Of a stretch of 64,000 bases of DNA, positions 58,714-64,000 are shown one piece after another. The stretch is from the IMG/VR virus record IMGVR_UViG_3300005739_000025. The stretch is one strand, 5' to 3'. The stretch is from a virus. Taxonomy: Duplodnaviria > Caudoviricetes. Made by a program: the position numbers and the translations under genes. Numbering within the stretch: the first letter of the stretch is position 1; each line of letters begins with the position of its first letter. Below the pieces are notes generated by a model. That model was not told where the DNA came from and ran no database searches. It saw only the letters and a program-made list of their open reading frames with translations.

Positions 58714-59748
58714 ATGGCACATCAACTAGACTTCAGTAAAGGTACAGCGGCTATCGCCTACACGGGAGAAACACCCTGGCACCGTTACGGAAATCGATTC
58801 GAAAAAGCTTTTACTTCACAGGAAGCTTTGAAACACGCAGGACTCAATTATGAGGTCGAACTCCAAGAACTATCCACGGGTTCGCAAGTACTTGAGTCGC
58901 ATAAGGCAGTCGTCCGCACAGACACCGATACGGTTCTGGGCGTTGTCGGCAACGGATATGAACCCTTGCAGAACAGAGATGCTTTCCGCTTCTTTGATGC
59001 AGTGGTTGAAGGAAAAGAGGCTCGTTACGAGACAGCTGGCGCACTCAAGGGTGGTCGTCAGATCTGGTTGCTTGCTAAGATTAAAGGACAAATTCCCATT
59101 CTTAAAGACGATGTTATCGACAAGTATTTCTTGTTGACCAATCGTCATGACGGAATGGGTTCGGTTTCTGGACGCGTTACACCTATTAGAGTTGTTTGCG
59201 ATAACACGCTTACAGCTGCTATGAACCGTAACGTCAAGGAAGAGATTCGTATTGTCCATCGCGGTAATGTTGCAGATCGCTTGGAGTTCGCTGGAACTCT
59301 TCTCGCTCGTCTCGGTGCATTCTATGATGAACTCTCTGAGGTTTATCGAAAGTTTGCTAAGATCAACATTAAGGAGAAGCAGATGAAGGCTTATATCGCT
59401 GAAGCTCTTCGTCCTTACAGCGGTGTTCAAACCGAGCAACAGATGATTGAGATGAAAGAAGAAATTGAACCTTCTACTCGTCTTATTACGGAAGTTAACC
59501 GTGTTATGGAGCTCGTTGAGACTGGACGTGGAACAGACTTGAAAGGTGTTCGTGGTACTCTTTGGGGTACTTACAACGCTATTACAGAGTACGTTGATCA
59601 CGTTAAAGTACCTCGCGCTGGCGAAGAAGCCCGTATTCAGTATATGGGATTCGGAACCGGTAAGATGGTAAAAGACGCAGCTCTTAAGCTCGGCGTTCGT
59701 ATTGCTAAACACGGGTTCGTTGAAAAGAACCTAACGTTGCTGAACTAA
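58714..59748 (+). CDS. DUF932/DUF945 phage-plasmid protein (TIGR03299-like)
   Basis: PWH..G, ALKHAGL..EV, R.DT..VLG.VG..Y.P.QN..AF, ETAG.L.GG...W.LA, HDG, TP.RVVC.NT, GT.WG.YNA.TEY.DH; SD AGAAAGGA. Confidence 0.9.
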   Translation: MAHQLDFSKGTAAIAYTGETPWHRYGNRFEKAFTSQEALKHAGLNYEVELQELSTGSQVLESHKAVVRTDTDTVLGVVGNGYEPLQNRDAFRFFDAVVEGKEARYETAGALKGGRQIWLLAKIKGQIPILKDDVIDKYFLLTNRHDGMGSVSGRVTPIRVVCDNTLTAAMNRNVKEEIRIVHRGNVADRLEFAGTLLARLGAFYDELSEVYRKFAKINIKEKQMKAYIAEALRPYSGVQTEQQMIEMKEEIEPSTRLITEVNRVMELVETGRGTDLKGVRGTLWGTYNAITEYVDHVKVPRAGEEARIQYMGFGTGKMVKDAALKLGVRIAKHGFVEKNLTLLN

Positions 59749-59774
59749 ATACTTAAGATAGATTTAGTTCTATC

Positions 59775-59811
59775 ACCCCTGGTGGCCCGGGCTGCCAGGG
59801 GTACGTATTTT
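59775..59811 (+). terminator. GC-rich hairpin with T tract after the DUF932 gene
   Basis: ACCCCTGGTGGC/GCTGCCAGGGGT ~12-bp stem, then ACGTATTTTT. Confidence 0.65.
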
Positions 59812-59847
59812 TATTGACCGTATTAAAGTTTCCTATAACATATATGT

Positions 59848-60114
59848 ATGCTTTGCTACAATTGCAGCGATGTTATAGAACAAGAAAGATTAGATATTCT
59901 TCCGGAAACTAAAGTATGCTCTCTTTGTGCAAAACAATACGTAAACGTTTCTAAACCTAAAGGAATTATGGTTTGGGGTCATAAAACAGCAGGCGAGATA
60001 CAAATAGTATCTCAAGAAAGTTTTAGAGATTATCGTCGCCATAATCCTTATGGCCGCTATACTGGTAGAGGTTCAGGAATTCATAGAGTTACTAAAGCTA
60101 CAGAATATATTTGA
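59848..60114 (+). CDS. Zinc-finger (DksA/TraR-like C4) small protein
   Basis: CYNC..I..ERL..LP.T..C..C. Confidence 0.65.
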   Translation: MLCYNCSDVIEQERLDILPETKVCSLCAKQYVNVSKPKGIMVWGHKTAGEIQIVSQESFRDYRRHNPYGRYTGRGSGIHRVTKATEYI

Positions 60115-60512
60115 TGATTAATTACGTTTTTAACGACGCAGGCTCTCCAAGTTATGAGAGAAACGATTGTACAGTTAGAACATTAGCCATAACCACAAAG
60201 ACGCCTTATCTTAGAGCATTTGCTATTCTAAGTAACGCTGGTAGAAAACGGAATAGAGGTTTTCATATTCAAAAATTTTTAAAAACTAATAAAAGAGTTT
60301 GTAACCACTTTTTTAGAAAGCTATCTTTTCGTAATCCTATTACGGTAAATAAATTCGTTAAAAGATACCCCAAAGGTACATATTACGTTTTAATTAGAGG
60401 GCATGTATTTGCTATAATAGATGGTACAGTTTACGACGTGATTCAACCTAAACCAGGACAAAGGATTAAGGTGGCATGGCGCGTTGAGTCTATAGATAAC
60501 ATTTGCATATAG
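60111..60512 (+). CDS. Conserved phage hypothetical protein
   Basis: NDCTVR.LA...GTYYV...GH..A..DG..YD. Confidence 0.7.
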   Translation: MMINYVFNDAGSPSYERNDCTVRTLAITTKTPYLRAFAILSNAGRKRNRGFHIQKFLKTNKRVCNHFFRKLSFRNPITVNKFVKRYPKGTYYVLIRGHVFAIIDGTVYDVIQPKPGQRIKVAWRVESIDNICI

Positions 60513-60530
60513 AATAAATATATATGCAGT

Positions 60531-60680
60531 ATGAGCTCCAAAAAAGAAGGGGTAATTCCTTTGTCTTCTGTAGAAGAAGATAAAAAAGAAAAACCATCCT
60601 TAGTAGAAAAAATTGTAGACTCTATTCATCAAGATATTATCGATGTTATAGAAACAATTAAAGAAACAGAAAAATCTTGA
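60531..60680 (+). CDS. Hypothetical 49-aa charged protein; missing from the ORF track
   Basis: Manual translation MSSKKEGVIPL...ETEKS; AATAAATA upstream. Confidence 0.5.
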   Translation: MSSKKEGVIPLSSVEEDKKEKPSLVEKIVDSIHQDIIDVIETIKETEKS

Positions 60681-60711
60681 CTGTCCTATAAAAGTAAATA
60701 CTATATACAAG

Positions 60712-61290
60712 ATGAGTTTTTTGTATAAAGATATAGTATTGGTTCTTAATAGAAACTGGCAGGCTATTGGTGTCAAGACACCAGCTGATACATTCGGGAT
60801 GCTTATGACCGATGCCGCAACAGCTTTGTTTATAGATGGTGAAGCTGCAATGCTTCCTATGAAATGGAAAGACTGGATCAAGCAACCTATAACAGAAGAT
60901 GATCTAACAGTTAATACCCCAAAAGGTAAAATTAAAATACCTAAGGTTATCGTACTATGTAAGTTTGATAGAGTGCCTAAAAAACGTCCAAGGTTTTCTT
61001 CTAAAAACGTTTGGATTAGAGAGCAAGGACGTTGTGCTTATACAGGCAAAAAGCTCAAACCAGATGAAGGTAATATAGATCATTTAGTACCGAAGAGTAG
61101 AGGAGGTAAAACAGATTGGCTTAATTGTGTTCTGGCATGTAAAGAGATTAATTCTAAAAAAGCTAACTTGACTCCTGAAGAGGCTGGATTAAAATTATTA
61201 ATAACACCTACAGTTCCAAAAGAAATGCCAACCTATTTCTATATTAGAAATAAACACAACATTAAGGAATGGAACTACTTTTTAAAATGA
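60712..61290 (+). CDS. McrA-like HNH endonuclease
   Basis: LVLNRNW, CAYTG, IDHLVPKSRGG.TDW.N.V..C...N..K. Confidence 0.85.
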   Translation: MSFLYKDIVLVLNRNWQAIGVKTPADTFGMLMTDAATALFIDGEAAMLPMKWKDWIKQPITEDDLTVNTPKGKIKIPKVIVLCKFDRVPKKRPRFSSKNVWIREQGRCAYTGKKLKPDEGNIDHLVPKSRGGKTDWLNCVLACKEINSKKANLTPEEAGLKLLITPTVPKEMPTYFYIRNKHNIKEWNYFLK

Positions 61291-61454
61291 AAGACTCAAC
61301 AAAATTAGTAGACAAGATAATGGAACTTGAAAAAGAAGTAGACTCCATGGTATCATTAAGTAGTAAAGATCTTTCTTACTTCTCTAAAAAATATCTAGAT
61401 CTGCTGGAATTAAAAGAATTAGAGTATAATCTTAGAGAATATGCCTCTCTCTGA
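61287..61454 (+). CDS. Hypothetical protein (55 aa)
   Basis: ATGA coupling; start trimmed from the track. Confidence 0.55.
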   Translation: MKDSTKLVDKIMELEKEVDSMVSLSSKDLSYFSKKYLDLLELKELEYNLREYASL

Positions 61455-62073
61455 CGAAGATCTTTATAAAATAATGGGTCCTACTTCTATTGCTCCAGAT
61501 GAGAGAAGTTTCGTTAATGAAATAACAAATCAGGTAATTGTAAGAAAAGGCTCTTTTGACGCCGGTCATAGAGTAATGAATGAAAGACTTAAATGTTTTA
61601 ATATTCATGGTCATACCTATCTTTACGAGTTGGCGTTTAATTTTAGTAAATCAAAAGATATAGGATATAATATAGATTTTAAAGAAATTAAAAGAGTAGG
61701 CTGTCAATGGATAGACGATCATCTTGATCACGCTTTAATAGTAAACCCTAACGATCACTTTTTAATTCAAGCGGGTATAGGTTTAAAATCTAAAATGTGG
61801 TTTATGTCTCTAAATGGGGTTGGTAAATATTGTAACCCTACAGTAGAGAACATAGCCAAAGAAATATTTCTAGCTATTCAGTTTCTATTAAATGATAAAG
61901 ACTTACATTTACAACATATTAGACTCTATGAGACCCCTAACTGCTATACAGAATGTTATAGACATAGTATATCACCTAGTGAGAAAAATAATTTCTTAGA
62001 TAGATACAAAAAAGATTTAGAAAAATATAAGCAAGAGAAAGGAACAATTGAATATGACGATAGAAAGCTCTGA
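61441..62073 (+). CDS. queD: 6-carboxytetrahydropterin synthase
   Basis: FDAGHR...C..IHGHTY, DF, DH, PT.EN.A, LYETP. Confidence 0.9.
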   Translation: MPLSDEDLYKIMGPTSIAPDERSFVNEITNQVIVRKGSFDAGHRVMNERLKCFNIHGHTYLYELAFNFSKSKDIGYNIDFKEIKRVGCQWIDDHLDHALIVNPNDHFLIQAGIGLKSKMWFMSLNGVGKYCNPTVENIAKEIFLAIQFLLNDKDLHLQHIRLYETPNCYTECYRHSISPSEKNNFLDRYKKDLEKYKQEKGTIEYDDRKL

Positions 62074-62515
62074 TCCAACTAAACATTTTTTTTATTGGGA
62101 AGCTTATTATTCCCTTGTAAAAGGGCTAAAAAATAAAATAGAATCAAAGCCTGATATTATTGTTTCGATAGGTAAAGGAGGTTCTATTCCAGGCGTTATT
62201 TTAGCTGAACATTATAATATTAATAATTTAAATTTTGGTATTAAATCCTACGTTGGGTTTAATCAATCCAAGATACTAGAATATCAATCAATTCCCAGTT
62301 ATGAGAGCTTAAGAGGTATGAAAGTATTGTTGGTTGATGATTTAGCAGATTCAGGTGATACATTCATGTATGCATTAGATAAGTTTAAACAAAATTTTGT
62401 TGATAATGTTGAGACTGCCTCAGTGTTTAAAAAATCAAAGTCAAAATTTGTTCCTAATTATTATGCCCAAGAAATTGATAGTGAAATATGGATTGTTCAA
62501 CCTTGGGAAATTTAA
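62048..62515 (+). CDS. Purine phosphoribosyltransferase-like protein
   Basis: VLLVDDLADSGDT PRPP motif; W.V.PWE end. Confidence 0.85.
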   Translation: MNMTIESSDPTKHFFYWEAYYSLVKGLKNKIESKPDIIVSIGKGGSIPGVILAEHYNINNLNFGIKSYVGFNQSKILEYQSIPSYESLRGMKVLLVDDLADSGDTFMYALDKFKQNFVDNVETASVFKKSKSKFVPNYYAQEIDSEIWIVQPWEI

Positions 62516-62549
62516 TTGATTTTTTACTAAGTTCCTTCATAATATATTA

Positions 62550-63143
62550 GTGACTGAAGGTATAAAAAAATTAATTGCAGATATATCTCTTAACTGCATA
62601 AAAAATAACATATCCCTTAGGTTTGAGAACAAGCATTTGGTAGATATGGATAATCTTCCATGCAGCGGATATTTTGATGAATCTAGCCTTGTTGTGGCTA
62701 CTAAGAAGTCTAAAACATCAGAATGGGTCACAACTCTACTTCATGAGTCCTGTCACATGGATCAATATCTTGAAAAATCTAAAGTTTATATTTCTGATAA
62801 TGCCGGTCTTAATATTGTAGAAGATTGGATTAATAAGAAATCAATTAGCAAAAACAGACTTTTTAACGGGTTTAAGAATACAATACTATTGGAGCTTGAT
62901 TGTGAAAAAAGAACCGTAAAGAAAATTAAAAAATATAAACTTAATATTTCTATTCCCACATACATTCAAGAAGCTAACGCATATTTGTTTTCCTACATTT
63001 ATGCATTGGAAGAAAAAACTTGGTATGAAGCTCCGTATGAAAATTTGAAAATAGTTAAAGTTATGCCTAAGACATTTCTTACAATAGATGAATATTTTGA
63101 AAAGTTTAAAAATTATAAAAAATATTTTGTTAAAAAATCTTGA
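62550..63143 (+). CDS. HExxH metallopeptidase-like hypothetical protein
   Basis: LLHESCHMDQ...ELDCE. Confidence 0.65.
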   Translation: MTEGIKKLIADISLNCIKNNISLRFENKHLVDMDNLPCSGYFDESSLVVATKKSKTSEWVTTLLHESCHMDQYLEKSKVYISDNAGLNIVEDWINKKSISKNRLFNGFKNTILLELDCEKRTVKKIKKYKLNISIPTYIQEANAYLFSYIYALEEKTWYEAPYENLKIVKVMPKTFLTIDEYFEKFKNYKKYFVKKS

Positions 63144-63171
63144 TATAATTTATACTAATATATAATAAAGT

Positions 63172-63495
63172 ATGGAAAAATTTAAAACAGTAAAAGAAAA
63201 ACGTGATTTATATATAGATTTTTCTGAAGAAGAAATTGCAGAATTAGGCTGGAAGGATAATCAAAGACTTTCTATTGATATTAAAGATGATGGTTGTATC
63301 GAAATAAAGCCATGGAAGACTATAGAGCTAGACACCACATCTTGGGATCCTAGCATTTTTAGAATGCTTGTTGATATATCCCTAGAACAAGATAAATCTG
63401 TTAATGATGTGATTGTTGATATTATCACCACATCAATAAATAGAGAGACAGCTACAACAAATACACAATTGCTTTGCGAAAATGGGACTGTTTGA
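63172..63495 (+). CDS. Hypothetical protein, possible AbrB-like N-domain
   Basis: I.FSEE....LGWK....L.I.I.DDG.I.I.P. Confidence 0.6.
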   Translation: MEKFKTVKEKRDLYIDFSEEEIAELGWKDNQRLSIDIKDDGCIEIKPWKTIELDTTSWDPSIFRMLVDISLEQDKSVNDVIVDIITTSINRETATTNTQLLCENGTV

Positions 63496-64000
63496 TAGAG
63501 TTATAATAAATTATCCATTACCACTACCGTTAGAAGTGGTTGATTATATACCAGATATATACCAAAAAGAGTTTCAAACCAAAGATTTGTCTAACTTTTT
63601 AGAAGATTATATATTAGAAGAAGATGGGAGGTTGATAGAAGTATCCGTCAAAAGAGAGTGGGTTGACGATGATGACTCTTTTTTAAAGGGCTATTTTAAG
63701 GTAATAGATCAAAAGAATATACCCACAAATTATCACGGTGTTTTAGAATTTTATGCTTATGAAAGAATTCATACCGGAGATGGTAAAGGAACAGATATAA
63801 GTATTGACTATTTAGCCAAATTTAATGATGGAACCTTAACAGATATAGATCTCTTAGAATATGAAGTAAGAGATTCATCTGAAGATATTAAAAGAACTAA
63901 TGAATTTTTTAAACAATTAGAAAATAAAAGAAGTAAATGGTATAATAAGTATTTTTTTGGAACAAAACTAGTAGTTTTCTTTAGAAGAAAAATAGTAAGA
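63482..64000 (+). CDS. Conserved phage protein, 3'-truncated (MGLFDRVIINYPLP...FQTKDL); missing from the ORF track
   Basis: Manual translation, open to the window end. Confidence 0.75.
   Translation, partial: MGLFDRVIINYPLPLPLEVVDYIPDIYQKEFQTKDLSNFLEDYILEEDGRLIEVSVKREWVDDDDSFLKGYFKVIDQKNIPTNYHGVLEFYAYERIHTGDGKGTDISIDYLAKFNDGTLTDIDLLEYEVRDSSEDIKRTNEFFKQLENKRSKWYNKYFFGTKLVVFFRRKIVR

Noticed and set aside
58870-59712. 280-aa antisense ORF and other overlaps on the DUF932 gene
   Set aside because: Shadow frames explained by the biased codon usage of the sense gene.

Overview
A gene-dense, AT-rich 64-kb segment of a large T4-like (myovirus) phage genome. Evidence is a gp20 portal, gp15-, gp5- and gp62-like genes, many tail-fibre/virion genes and TATAAATA late promoters. 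A PEP-CTERM gene paired with a prepilin/H-X9-DG gene points to a PVC-superphylum host, probably Verrucomicrobia (inference). The window also holds a 7-deazaguanine modification operon (TGT/DpdA-like, PurN/DpdN-like formyltransferase, kinase, QueF; QueD lies ~51 kb away), a class II ribonucleotide reductase, a DinG-like helicase, 18 tRNA genes (several atypical) and several unexplained structured RNAs. The most striking element is an ORF-less group I ribozyme core on the minus strand (~2477-2680) between two virion genes. It sits directly behind a late-promoter-like motif, and the best match to its internal guide sequence lies 73 nt downstream of its 3' splice site. That is the layout of a natural permuted (self-circularising) intron; a cis-splicing gene-fusion model is also possible. 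All family calls come from motifs read by eye; no searches or folding programs were run.
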